Shown piece after piece: positions 10,385 to 20,700 of a DNA stretch of 64,000 bases. The position numbers and the translations under genes are program-made. Within the stretch, counting starts at the first letter, position 1; each line of letters begins with the position of its first letter. Below the pieces are notes generated by a model that saw only the letters and a program-made list of their open reading frames with translations, was not told the DNA's origin and did not search any database. The stretch is from an uncultured Planctomycetota bacterium (GTDB taxonomy: Bacteria; Planctomycetota; Planctomycetia; Isosphaerales; Isosphaeraceae), in assembly GCA_963823665.1 (NCBI GenBank), contig CAWGMQ010000006.1:736001-800000 (forward strand). The letters are read 5' to 3'.

Positions 10385-11332
10385 TCAACCTCCCTTTGCT
10401 CTCGGAATGAACCCGGGAACGCCGGTCTCGACAACGGCATTGAACCTGACCCGCGACGTGATTCCTTCGCTGATTTCCCGCATGGCGTCTTGAGGAAGGG
10501 TGGAGACGTCAAAGTTCTCCTTGATCCGGCTGGGGGTCTTCGAGGTGGTCAGGAGGGCCGTCCCGCGCTGGATGGCCCAGGCGAGCAAGACTTGCGCGGG
10601 GGTCTTGTTGACTCGCTTGGCGATCGCGGTAATGACAGGATCTTCCAGCAACTTGGGCTCGCTACTGTGCCCTAGCGCCGCGAACGCTTGCAACACGATG
10701 CCATTCTTTCTGCAATAGTCCAAAAGGTCCCATTGCGGGAGATACGGATGGGATTCGACGTGAACAACCGCAGGCTTGATCCTCGCGACTTCGAAGATTT
10801 CTCTAGTCTGTTCCAAGCTGACGTCGGATAATCCGATGGCCTTGCACTTGCCCTCGTCCACCAGGCCCTCAAGCGCCCTCCATGTATCCTGCAACGTCAC
10901 CCCTTTGTCATAAATCACATTGCCATTCGCATCCCTCGGGTCTTGCTCGTCTCCAGGTTGGAAGGCAAAGGGGGTGTGGATGAGATAGAGTTCGACGTAG
11001 TCGAGTTGGAGTTTCTTGAGACTGGCCTCGAAGGCGGGTTTGACGCGTTCAGGGCGATGATTGTTATTCCAGAGTTTCGTGGCGATAAACACTTCCTCCC
11101 GCTTGATCTTCCCCGCCTTGAACACCTCCTGCATCGCTTCGCCGACCTCTTTTTCATTTCGGTAGCGTTCCGCAGCGTCGAGCTGGCGAAATCCTGCCTC
11201 CAGCGCCGCCTTGGTCGCGGTTCTGGTTGCCACAGGGTCCGGAATCAATGTGCCAAAGCCGAGCGCGGGGATGGCGCCGGATCCGTTGTTGAGCGCTATC
11301 CTCGTATCGCGAAGGTTGTCGGGTCCTGCCAT
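10385..11332 (-). CDS. Aldo/keto reductase (AKR1/5-like)
   Basis: IPALGFGT, LDAAERYRNE, ATKLWN, LYLIHTP, KAIGLS, VESHPY. Confidence 0.93.
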   Translation of the reverse strand: MAGPDNLRDTRIALNNGSGAIPALGFGTLIPDPVATRTATKAALEAGFRQLDAAERYRNEKEVGEAMQEVFKAGKIKREEVFIATKLWNNNHRPERVKPAFEASLKKLQLDYVELYLIHTPFAFQPGDEQDPRDANGNVIYDKGVTLQDTWRALEGLVDEGKCKAIGLSDVSLEQTREIFEVARIKPAVVHVESHPYLPQWDLLDYCRKNGIVLQAFAALGHSSEPKLLEDPVITAIAKRVNKTPAQVLLAWAIQRGTALLTTSKTPSRIKENFDVSTLPQDAMREISEGITSRVRFNAVVETGVPGFIPRAKGG

Positions 11333-11365
11333 TGTTTCACTCCTGCGATATTCCCCAGGTGGAGT

Positions 11366-11707
11366 TCAGCCCGCGACTGTCGCGGACCAGCACCAGATGT
11401 CGATTGCCAGATCTTCCCGCGGGCGCGAGCAACAAATCAATAGGTTCCCCGCCGCCGGAGGTTCGAGCGGCTCGGGATCATACGTCACCGACCCGGAAAT
11501 CAGCCCGCACTCGCAGGTATGGCAAACGCCAGTCCGGCAAGACCAGCGCACCGGAACGTCGCAGGCTTCCGCGAGCTCCAGCAGGCTCTGGAACTTGGGA
11601 TCCCAGCAGACGGTGAGGCCGGCGCGAGCAACGGTCGTGTATACAGTCTTGCCGCGCCACGTGATCTCGCGGGGAACACCCACGTTGACTGACAATAACC
11701 GTGCCAT
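11366..11707 (-). pseudogene. Internally deleted MOSC / FAD-binding / 2Fe-2S oxidoreductase
   Basis: MOSC N-terminus MARLLSVNVGVPREITWRGKTVYT fused directly to the ferredoxin C-terminus WSCRTGVCHTC...ICCSRP. Confidence 0.75.
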
Positions 11708-11722
11708 ATGGACCACTACCTC

Positions 11723-11880
11723 CTATTTCCTGTCTGGCTTTCTCTTGAACGCGCGACCGCAATTATCGACTTCGGCTCCCACAGCCGCCAGGCGTAACGC
11801 GTACCTGAACCCCACCTGGTTCCTGGTGAGTACAGGTCGGCCAAGCTCTTCCTCAAGGGTTGTAACCGTAGCGGTAAACC
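11723..11880 (-). pseudogene. C-terminal fragment of a maleate isomerase / Asp-Glu racemase family protein
   Basis: LEEELGRPVLTRNQVGFRYALRLA resembles the family motif LExxLGxPVxTSNQ. Confidence 0.55.
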
Positions 11881-11971
11881 TTGCTGGCTCGCCGAGACCT
11901 GAAGTATCGCGGAGTAGCAATGGCGGAATCCATGCGATGGCGTCAGACTCCGTGCCGCCGCTAGACTGTCA

Positions 11972-12109
11972 CGGGCATGCTGAAGTGAGAGCGCTCAGCG
12001 CGTATGCCGTGATCGGCCAGGATCTTCTTCACTTCGTTTCCGCTCGCGAGCGACGCGAACTCGGCGCCGGAACCCATCGGCGAGCACAGCTCCAGGCGCG
12101 TCACGCCGA
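11972..12109 (-). pseudogene. 138-bp partial duplicate of the sugar isomerase gene (6499-6636)
   Basis: Direct alignment by eye: 10 mismatches in 138 nt. Confidence 0.9.
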
Positions 12110-12132
12110 GCACGATCATGCGCCTCAGGTGG

Positions 12133-12237
12133 GTGGCACTGGATCCGGTGGTGGTCCGGTGTAGCAGGCACACTCCGTGTGCCGTCCGCCGAAGTTGCCG
12201 GTGGTCGGCACGTGGCACTGGATCCGGTGGTGGTCCG
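12133..12237 (+). repeat. GTAG-type REP flanked by 26-bp direct repeats
   Basis: GTAGCAGGCACACTCCGTGTGCCGTCCGCCGA at 12161; gtggcactggatccggtggtggtccg at 12133-12158 and 12212-12237. Confidence 0.85.
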
Positions 12238-13087
12238 TTCGCAAAGACTTCCGCAACTTCTTCCTCGCTCTCGCGCCCGGCCGTCTGAACAAGGACTGGC
12301 AGAACACAAAAGACCAGCTTGACGATCTACGGGCGCGGCTGGAGCGAGAAACCGATTATGTTGCCGAAGCCGCCGTCCAGGAGCAGGTACGATCCTTGTT
12401 CCGCGAAGACGACGGCATCGTTGTGCCGCGCGTCTATCCGGAGTACTCGACGGCGCGAATCTTGACGATGGACCGGCTCGACGGCGTTCACATCGACAAG
12501 TTCATCGCGCGCGATCCGTCGCAGGAGGAGCGCAACGAATTCGCCTGTAAGATGATTCGGACCTGGTCTCGCATGGTCTACGCGGGCCGGCTCTCCTACG
12601 CTGATTGGCATCCCGGCAATTTTCTGATCATGGACGACGGCCGCCTCGGCTTGATCGACTTCGGCTTCGTCGTCGCGCACGGGGATGAAGAGCGGAGATT
12701 GCTGCGTCTGATGGATCGTGGCAATACAACAGGGCGCCGCGAAGATCGCATTGCCGCCATGAAAGAATGGTCCTTGATCACGGACGATCCTGTCGATGCG
12801 GGTCGGCTGCGACTGGACGACGAATTCGCCGAATGGTGCTGGCTCGCGCACGACGGGGCGCGGCGTTCGATTTCGGTGACGAAGTCGACTTCCGCCGCGG
12901 TGTCGATCTGTTCATCGAGATGGTCCGCAAGCGCTATAACCGAGCCCGGCCATCGACGCCGGCGTTTGCCCGCATGAATTTCGGCGTGCGCTCGATGCTC
13001 TACCGGCTCAAGGCGAAGATCGACTCCCACATCATTGCTGAAGAGGAGGTCGAAGCGACCGGATGGGATCGCAGCGACTGTGCCTGA
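12235..13087 (+). pseudogene. AarF/UbiB/ABC1 atypical kinase, 5'-truncated and frameshifted
   Basis: LERETDYVAEA, IVVPRV, ILTMD, YADWHPGNF, GLIDFG; begins abruptly at the REP; frame change near 12860. Confidence 0.8.
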
Positions 13088-13108
13088 GGGCCGCTGAGAT
13101 GGCCGGGA

Positions 13109-13891
13109 TCACGGCGAGCGATATTGCTGCCAGATCCGGTCCAGCGCCTCCGCGGCTCCGCCGACGATCTTGAGATCAACTCGGCGCGTCACCGCCGTTG
13201 GCTCCGGGTTGATCTCCACCGTCGGGATCCCCATCTCGCGCGCCCGCAGTACCGGCGCGGCGATGTAGGGGAACGAGCTGGTCGTGCCGATGCTGAAGAC
13301 CACGTCGAACCCGGCCTGGACCTCCGACCACAACCGGTCCATCTTCATCTCCGGCAACTCCTCGCCGAAAAGGACGACGCCAGGTCGGAGAATCCCCTGA
13401 CACTTCGGGCAGCGCGGCAGCAGGTCCAACCCGTCGTAGTCCGAGACGCTCTCGGCGTGTTCGCACTGGGTGCACGCCAGGTCGTGAAGGTCGCCATGCA
13501 CGTCCAGGACCTGCCGAGAGCCGGCGCGCCGGTGCAGGCCGTCGACGTTCTGGGTCAACGTCCAGATGGCATCGAAATGACTCTCCATCTCGGCGATGAC
13601 CTCGTGCCCCCGGTTGGGGACTGCCTGCCGCGTGGGACGCTCCAGTTCCCGGATGAACTGCCAGGTGATCTCGGGCCGGGTGGCCATCATGGCCCCGGAG
13701 AGCACCTCCTCCACGGGCAGGCCGTAGGAAGTCGTGCGCCCGGCAGCATAGAGCCCGCCGACACCGCGATAGGTCGGCAGCCCGGAATCGGCCGAGAGGC
13801 CGGCGCCGGTGATGAACAGCAGGCGGCGGGCGGGGCGCAACAGCTCGACGACGCGATCGATCACCCTGAGATCGGCCTGCGACAGTGGCAT
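13109..13891 (-). CDS. cobB: NAD-dependent protein deacylase (sirtuin, CobB-like)
   Basis: FITGAGLSADSGLPTYRG, TQNVDGLH, VHGD, CxxC...CxxC, RPGVVLFGE, IGTT, EINPE. Confidence 0.9.
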   Translation of the reverse strand: MPLSQADLRVIDRVVELLRPARRLLFITGAGLSADSGLPTYRGVGGLYAAGRTTSYGLPVEEVLSGAMMATRPEITWQFIRELERPTRQAVPNRGHEVIAEMESHFDAIWTLTQNVDGLHRRAGSRQVLDVHGDLHDLACTQCEHAESVSDYDGLDLLPRCPKCQGILRPGVVLFGEELPEMKMDRLWSEVQAGFDVVFSIGTTSSFPYIAAPVLRAREMGIPTVEINPEPTAVTRRVDLKIVGGAAEALDRIWQQYRSP

Positions 13892-13993
13892 GGTCAGTCC
13901 TCCGGCGTATCGCCATTTGATTAGAAAACCCAGGATGTCCACCGAAACGATCTTCGATCGTCATGGAGTCATCAGGTTCCGCAGGAACGCCGA

Positions 13994-14153
13994 CTAGGTG
14001 GCGAGCTTCGACGCAAGCCCGGAGCATCAACCGCTCCCGCCCGCGGGTCCTGAGCATGTTGAGACTGAGACGCAGGTGCGTATTGAAGAAGAGCTCCCGG
14101 TAGAAAGATGATTTGCCCGCCCCTTGCACGCCCACGAAGATCACGGCTTCCAA
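13994..14153 (-). pseudogene. Truncated AAA_33 / polynucleotide-kinase-like P-loop protein
   Basis: MEAVIFVGVQGAGKSSFY...THLRLSLNMLRTRGRE; the similarity ends after about 50 aa. Confidence 0.65.
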
Positions 14154-14484
14154 GGCGTCACCTCCGGCCTACCTCGCCTCGTAGGGAGACGATATTTGTA
14201 TCCGTGCCCAGCCCACCTGATCACCGGTACCAACCGAGAGACCCCTCACGCCGTCCTCGTGTCTCTCGGCGACCCTCAGAGCGCACTCCCTCGATCCGGT
14301 TTAGACACCAGGACCCCCCTTGGGTTCGCAGCCGGGTTCTGCCACGTCGAGGTCCGGTGCGAAACCATAGTGGGCGGACCGTAGCCCGATTTCAGGCTTT
14401 GTGTTGAACCTTCAAAATCATCCAGACTGGATAAGTTCTGGGGGGACAAGCGTGATTTACGCCCGAGATTCCCTTTCCCGCGGA

Positions 14485-15867
14485 TCACAGTTTGATCGCC
14501 GTGCCGTCATTCCAATTGACCGTGACGCGCACAGCGCTTGCCCGTTCCGCGGGAATGGCAAGCCGGATCGTGGCCAGGATGCCATTGAAGGCTGCCCCCG
14601 CTGTGGCCCGGAGAACTCTGGGTGTCGTGGCGAAATAGGACGCCGGTGGACGCAGAGGCTTGCCGATCCGGGGCGCACGATAGACCCGGTCGTTGCTCGT
14701 CAGGCCGGCAACCACGCGGTTGACATACGGCGTGCCGAGACCGGTAACGAGGTTGTAGCCTCTTCGCGCGGGAAAGCCGTTATTTCCCACCGTGATCTCA
14801 TGAAAATCGCGGCGCGGGAGCCGGTAGAGAATGGGCAACGTCTGGGTCGGTCCGTCGAGCGAACCACGACTTCGCAGGCTGCGCCCTTGATCGGCAATGG
14901 CAATGATACCGGCCCAGAGTGGAGCGGCCAGGCTCGTGCCGCCCCCCACGTTCCAGCCTCCCTCGAGCGGGTTGTAGACGTCCACACCCGTCTGCTTGTT
15001 GCCGAGAATCGACACGTCCGGGACCGCCCTCCGAGTGACACCTCTTCCGACAACCAGGCGCTGATAGGCCGGCTGCCACTGGTACATGCTGAGGCCGCCT
15101 CCCGAGCCAGCCCAGGCTGTCTCTGAACCATAGTTTCCCGCCGCGTTCAGCGTGAGTGACGTACCGCCGACTGATAAAACGTTGGGCGAGAAATTGGGTG
15201 GATGCGAGGGGGCACCGGTGTCTCCTGAGGAATTCACGAACGTCACGCCTGGGTGGCCCTGTGGTGTTGTGAACGCATGATCATTTCTAACCTCTTCTGG
15301 TGACTCGAGATAGTTTAAGTCACTGTAGCTATTCGAGACGACAACCACGCCCGGCTGCTGCACCGCGAACGCATCGGCTTGAGGGATCATTGACGAATGC
15401 GGCGCCTCGACGATCAAGACGTTCGCAGCCGGGGCCACGGCATGCAGCCATTCGAGGTCCAGCATAGCCTCGCCCTGATCCGATGGAGTGGCCGTGATCT
15501 GGTTGCCTCCATCAAAGCCAAGCATTTGCAGAAACGGCGTAGTCGGCGGCACGCCGGCTCCCGACCACGGGGTCAAGTCGGGCAGGTTGAAGGCATGGTC
15601 AAAGACGGCAAGATCCTGCGCGAGCCCGGGCGTGCTTCCAACCTCGAAAAGCGCGACCGTCTGTGCGCGCCCGTCGCCAGGCACAGCGGTGCCCCCGTCG
15701 CTGAATACGACCTCATTGAACCCGTAGGCATTCGTGATCTGAGCCGGCGTGTAGCCGATCACCGCGGGCATGATTCGCGTTTCGAGGTTCGAGTTCCAGA
15801 CGCCGATTCGCGACGCTGCGCGACGCCGACGTCGCGCCGTGTGACGCGGGTTTGCGAATAGGAGCAT
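14485..15867 (-). CDS. S53 (sedolisin/kumamolisin) family serine peptidase, secreted
   Basis: Planctomycete leader (LETRIMPA), YTPAQI, EAMLDLEW, SSGDTG, VGGTSL, RAVPDVS, GGTSLAAP, YNLVTGLGTP. Confidence 0.9.
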   Translation of the reverse strand: MLLFANPRHTARRRRRAASRIGVWNSNLETRIMPAVIGYTPAQITNAYGFNEVVFSDGGTAVPGDGRAQTVALFEVGSTPGLAQDLAVFDHAFNLPDLTPWSGAGVPPTTPFLQMLGFDGGNQITATPSDQGEAMLDLEWLHAVAPAANVLIVEAPHSSMIPQADAFAVQQPGVVVVSNSYSDLNYLESPEEVRNDHAFTTPQGHPGVTFVNSSGDTGAPSHPPNFSPNVLSVGGTSLTLNAAGNYGSETAWAGSGGGLSMYQWQPAYQRLVVGRGVTRRAVPDVSILGNKQTGVDVYNPLEGGWNVGGGTSLAAPLWAGIIAIADQGRSLRSRGSLDGPTQTLPILYRLPRRDFHEITVGNNGFPARRGYNLVTGLGTPYVNRVVAGLTSNDRVYRAPRIGKPLRPPASYFATTPRVLRATAGAAFNGILATIRLAIPAERASAVRVTVNWNDGTAIKL

Positions 15868-16147
15868 GCCGGTTTACACAAAAACTGAAGTGTTCTCGAA
15901 CAATACTCTGCTGCGTCACGCCGAGATGCCGGCAACTCATCCGCTCCATGTTACCACACGACTGGGCTGCTCAGTGATTCCGATTCCGCGCGCGCCCAGA
16001 GGCGCCTCCAGTTCGACGCGAGGCTCTCACCGAGCCCCACGGGAGCTCGCCTCGCCGCGCGGCACCCTGTCCCACAATCGCGAAAACCGATTTAGAATAC
16101 GGTATCTCGATGTCCGGTTCGCACTCCTCGCAGGTCGCTCCCGCCAT

Positions 16148-16649
16148 GTATGACTGGAAGCCACGGATGCAGAAGACGGTGCGTCACCTTGCCGAGCAAC
16201 TGGCGGGAATCCGAACCGGCATGATCAGCATTCGGTTCATCGAGACCGTGCGGTTGGACAGCCAGGGAAGCTCTGTTCCGATCCGGCATATCGCGGTCAT
16301 CAAGCAGCAGGGTGACCGCATCCTCGTCACGCCCTTCGACAAGGCCAATGTCCCCGCCGTGGTCCGGGCGCTCACCGACTCGCGCCTCAACGCCTACGCT
16401 CTGAATCCCACCACCGTGAGCGTGAGCGCGCCACCGGTCAGCAGCGAGCAGCGGGGAGAAATCGCCAGGCACGTCAAGAAGCTGGGCGAGGACGCCAAGA
16501 TCGCCGTACGCGCGATCCGGCAAGACGCACGCAAGCAGATCGAGGTCTCGGGACGGGGCTCGCAACGACGGGTTCAGGAAGCGACCGACGCCGCGGTTTC
16601 CGAGATCGATCTGCTCGTGAAGACAAAGATCCAGGAGGTCGGGTTGTGA
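16148..16649 (+). CDS. Ribosome recycling factor paralogue
   Basis: LAGIRTG, LVTPFDK, PPVSSEQRGEIA, EDAKIAVRAIRQD, VQEATD; shorter than canonical RRF and not beside pyrH. Confidence 0.8.
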
Positions 16650-16654
16650 CTGAT

Positions 16655-16969
16655 TCAACGCCCCGCGCGGCCCGCGTTCCGCTTTCGCGTGGCCGCCGCT
16701 TTCTTGGCCGACGCGGAGCGTTCGGCCGCCGGGCGAGAGGCCGTGGCAGCACCCCCGAGCTTGCCCCCCTTCTTGCTCGACACATCCGTATCCGGCCGGC
16801 CCCGACCACTTCCGGATTTGTTGCCGCCGCCTGATTCCTTGTTGACGGTCGCCCACGCCCGGCGCTCGGCCTCGTCTTCCGGGAGACCCCGTTTGGCGTA
16901 ACCCGCTTCGATATGCTCAGCCTTGCGTTTCTGCTTGTCGGAATACTTGGATTTGTCGCCCCTGGGCAT
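16655..16969 (-). CDS. Small basic stress-associated protein (often annotated 'plasmid stabilization protein')
   Basis: MPRGDKSKYSDKQKRKAEHIE...EAERRAWATVNK...SAKKAAATRKRN. Confidence 0.85.
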   Translation of the reverse strand: MPRGDKSKYSDKQKRKAEHIEAGYAKRGLPEDEAERRAWATVNKESGGGNKSGSGRGRPDTDVSSKKGGKLGGAATASRPAAERSASAKKAAATRKRNAGRAGR

Positions 16970-17300
16970 GACCGCCTCCCGTTCCTTCGATGCCGCGCTG
17001 TTTTGAACACGTCGGGTGCAAGCAACTGACAGCAAAGCGGACTGCACATTGCGTGCCAACTGCACGGGCTCGATCAGCCAGATCCGTCCGGCGGTGTGCG
17101 GCGGCCGCCTGGAGCGTGGATTACGGTGGATTTCGGTAGGCCCTGGGCGAATAATAGGAATAGAGACAATCTTGAAGACGCGTTTGCGCACCGCGGACCG
17201 GCCCGCAGGCCGTTGCCGCGCGGCAGCGTGGGAACGAGGAATTCGCTCGGTCTCGAAGTGAGAGCACGATATCCGGCCTCTTTCTGATGGAGGTGGTGCC

Positions 17301-17639
17301 ATGAATCTTACGCGAGAGACTCGAATAGCGGGGCCTCCATGGTGCGACGCCGTGATGCGCACGCTGCCCGAAATGTACAGACGGGGAGATGTGAGCGGGA
17401 TCGATGATTCCGGTTTCGTTTATGCGGTGACGTTCTTCAGCGTGAAGGAAGAAGTGAGGCGGGGAGCATCAGAGAGGGCGGTGCGCAAGCAGCGCACTCG
17501 CGTTCTGCGAACCATCGATCGCACCGACCGCTCCGATTATGACAAGGAGCAATTCGCCGGACCGTTCTCACGTGCCGTCGATGACGCACTCGCGGACCGC
17601 TCGCCGTGTGTGCTGCAATCGCCGGAAGTTACGGGATAA
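17301..17639 (+). CDS. Hypothetical protein
   Basis: 112-aa ORF preceded by a strong GGAGGT RBS. Confidence 0.45.
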   Translation: MNLTRETRIAGPPWCDAVMRTLPEMYRRGDVSGIDDSGFVYAVTFFSVKEEVRRGASERAVRKQRTRVLRTIDRTDRSDYDKEQFAGPFSRAVDDALADRSPCVLQSPEVTG

Positions 17640-17741
17640 CTGCCAACGGACGCAGTCGTCTTGACGCCACGTTCGCCTCATTGTGCAAACCGGCCACCGC
17701 CAAGCACATTTCGCGGTGCGTGCGCTTCCTGCATCTCCGCG

Positions 17742-20700
17742 TCATGGTCGCGCCGAGATACGTTTCTTCTTCTTCTTGAAAATGCGACGGAGTTTTTTCA
17801 CTGCCTCGGGGCGAATCCTCTTTTGAATGCCGATCAAACGCATCCTGCACGTCGCTCCGACATCTTCGACCGAGGATGCAGCGGTCCACCACTTACCGAT
17901 CAGGTCATCGCAGAACGATCGTATCTTTTCATTGCCGACGATCGACTCCAGGTCGGCCATCTTATTCCAGCGCAACCAATCGTCAATCTCCTCTAGACTC
18001 TCCGCCTCGTTCGACGAGTCCTCCTGACGGAAGAAGTGATACGCGATGAGAAATCGAAGCCAGAGCAAGAGGATCTCCTTCTTGCGGACGCGGTCACGCC
18101 AGCCCAGTTCGCACATGCTTCCAAGCGCATTGAGCCCCTGCTGGACGAGCGTGTCGGACGGGGAATCGAGCGGAGGCTCGTTGCGGGATTCCTGGTCCTT
18201 GATCTTCCGATCGACTTCGTTCTCGACAGGCATTGTATGCGGTATTGGAGCTTTCGGCGTGCCGCCGGACTCCAGGAGCAGGAGCAAGCGTTCATACTCA
18301 AGATAGGCGCGGATCAGACCTAGCTGCGCCCATCTGTCAGGATCGGGCCGATCGAGCAGGAGTGTCGACCTCGCCTGCCTGAGTGCGACATCAGCCTGAT
18401 CGAGTTTCGCCTTGACCTCGGAGCAGAGCTTTTCCGGCGTGCTCACTCGCGCATCAGCGGCATAGGCCGCGCCAAAGATCAACGTCTCGGCAGCTTGGAG
18501 CCGGATGTCGGTCAGATCGCCCAGGTCGCCCGGACCGTCTTGGACGGTGGCTGCGGCGTACGCTTCATCCAGCCAGCGCAAGGCGTCGGTGAGTTTCGCC
18601 TCGAGCATGTGCAGCCTGGCCTCCGTCAGGTCGACCCGGATATGCATCCAAGTGAAATCGAGACCGAAGAGATCGGGATCCAGATCAATCAGCCGCTGGG
18701 CCGATACGCACTGGCGTCGCGCCTTCTCCCTGAGCAGACGATCGTTCGGACTCTCAATCCTCTGGTTCTCCCCCGGCCGGCGTGTCCATTCCCAGAATTG
18801 AATCCGGCGCAGATAAAGCTGAGCCAGCTCAAGGTGCCTCTCGATCCTGATCTGCCTGAACTCGCGGATAGGAAGCTTGGATTCAGCTTGTCCTCCCGTC
18901 GCCGGCCGGCTGCGATCGCGCTCAACTGTGCCTCGCAGGGCACTGTCGAGGCACTTCACCGCATCCTCACGTTCCGGATACCGCCTGGCGAGGCAGCGCG
19001 CTTGCTGTATCGTATATCGTGCGCGGTTGAGTTTCACGGCAAGAAGATCCTGCCCGGACGTGGTTAGCCCATCGATCTGCTTCTGCCTGATCTTGAGAGA
19101 CCTCGCGTAATCGTTCGCTCGATAGAGCACCTCAGCACGTAGATCTCGTAGATTGTTACAGGTCGTCTTGATCGTGTCGGCGAATCCGGAGTCATCGGTC
19201 GCCTGGCCCAATCTACGGAGCTGATCCTCCAGGGCCTGTAGCCAGCAGGATACGCGATGGGATGGGCCCGCCCGCAGAATCGACTTCGACCGATCGAGGA
19301 TCGCGCAAAGCTCCTGGAGCACGCGGTGTTTCAGCGATTTCCCGTCCGGACCATTGCGGGCGATTCGCATGGCCGTCACCAGGTGGAACGCTACCTCCCA
19401 GAGTGCAGGCAGGCTGTTCGATTGCCGCAGCAGGTCGTCGTATTGGAGCGCAATCTTCTCGTGCAGTTGATCGGTCTGCTCGTCGAAGCTGCTCCGCAAC
19501 CATTCCGGTCGATGTTGTCGATAGAGAAAATCACGCACCGAAGTCGGCATCCAGAGAAAGCCCCCCTCGATCTGAAGGAGCAGGTTGTTCCGGGCGAATA
19601 CTTGCAAAATGGAATCAAATCGTTTCTTCCATTCCTTCTCATCCGAATGTCGCGGCTTCTTGAGGTTGCGGGCCGCCACGGCCGCACCTCTCAGGTTGAT
19701 GAAGCTTCGAGGCCTACGAAACATCGCAGCAACCACCAGTAGATCGACATACTCCTGCACAGGAATCTCTGCATCGATCTTGCCATCGTCTCCCTCCTTC
19801 GGTTGTTTCAGGAAAGACTCGAGTTGTTTCGCCGGCGAGTCGCCGTCGCGGCTTGACGTCTGAACGGGAACGACGCAGCGTCGTTCCCGTGGTCCACGGA
19901 ATCCGCGGAACAACTTCACGGCCTCCTCACTAAAGTCTGAAGCACCGAGCGGAGAGAGCGCAACCAGCACTTTTGAAGCACCCAGCTCGACCGCGGGGTC
20001 CAGGATCTGCTCGAGAAACGCGTAGAAGAGCACAGTCTCGTCGAGAGCGACCTTCTGGGAATGTTTGAAAGCGTCATCGTTCTGGTCGTGAGCGAACGGG
20101 TGGCGGCCAAGGTCGCCGGTGGACAGGATCACTACGAGGTACTTGCCTCGCTTCACGGCGGCTGCGAATTGCTTGGCCAAAAATCCGGCTCTCTTTTTGA
20201 TCCCGATCCGACGCCCTTGCTTGGCCATTTTTTCGTCGGCGACTGTGGAAACCTGTAATGCCCTTGGCGTGACGTCGGGATCGAGACGGCGGAACTCATC
20301 GAAAAGGGACGAGACCATGTCCCGGACCGTGGCCACGTCGGCGAGCTCGCACCAGATTTCGTTGTACCCATTAAACATTCGCACATACTCTTGGACGCGA
20401 TCGAGGAGCACTGCGCCCGAGTGCTCGTCCTTCAAGACGACCACGCTGTGCTTGTTCACGTCCGGATCCAACGGATTCAACTCGCTTCGCTCATGCCTCG
20501 CCGTTCTTCCCTCGCCGTCGGCCGCCGGCGCCGAGTCCGCTCGCACCGGTACGCGGCGCAACGGCGGAACCATCGGCAGTGCTGGATAAGAGGTACGGCT
20601 GGTCGGGTGCCGCTATACCAGGCGCGCGTGCAGCTCGCGGAGAAAGTATCCCCCGCTGCGGTAACTCACAACTTTGATAGGCTCAAAGGGCGCCGCGAGT

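Noticed and set aside
13109..13891. Sirtuin as a defence effector
   Set aside because: It has the zinc-binding Cys pairs and motifs of a housekeeping CobB deacylase.
14160..14480. Possible structured RNA in the intergenic region
   Set aside because: No recognisable riboswitch, tRNA or other family motif.
20613..20615. Pyrrolysine or genetic-code reassignment of TAG
   Set aside because: Other genes here end normally in TAG (e.g. 27104-27106, 53351-53353) and no pyl genes are seen.
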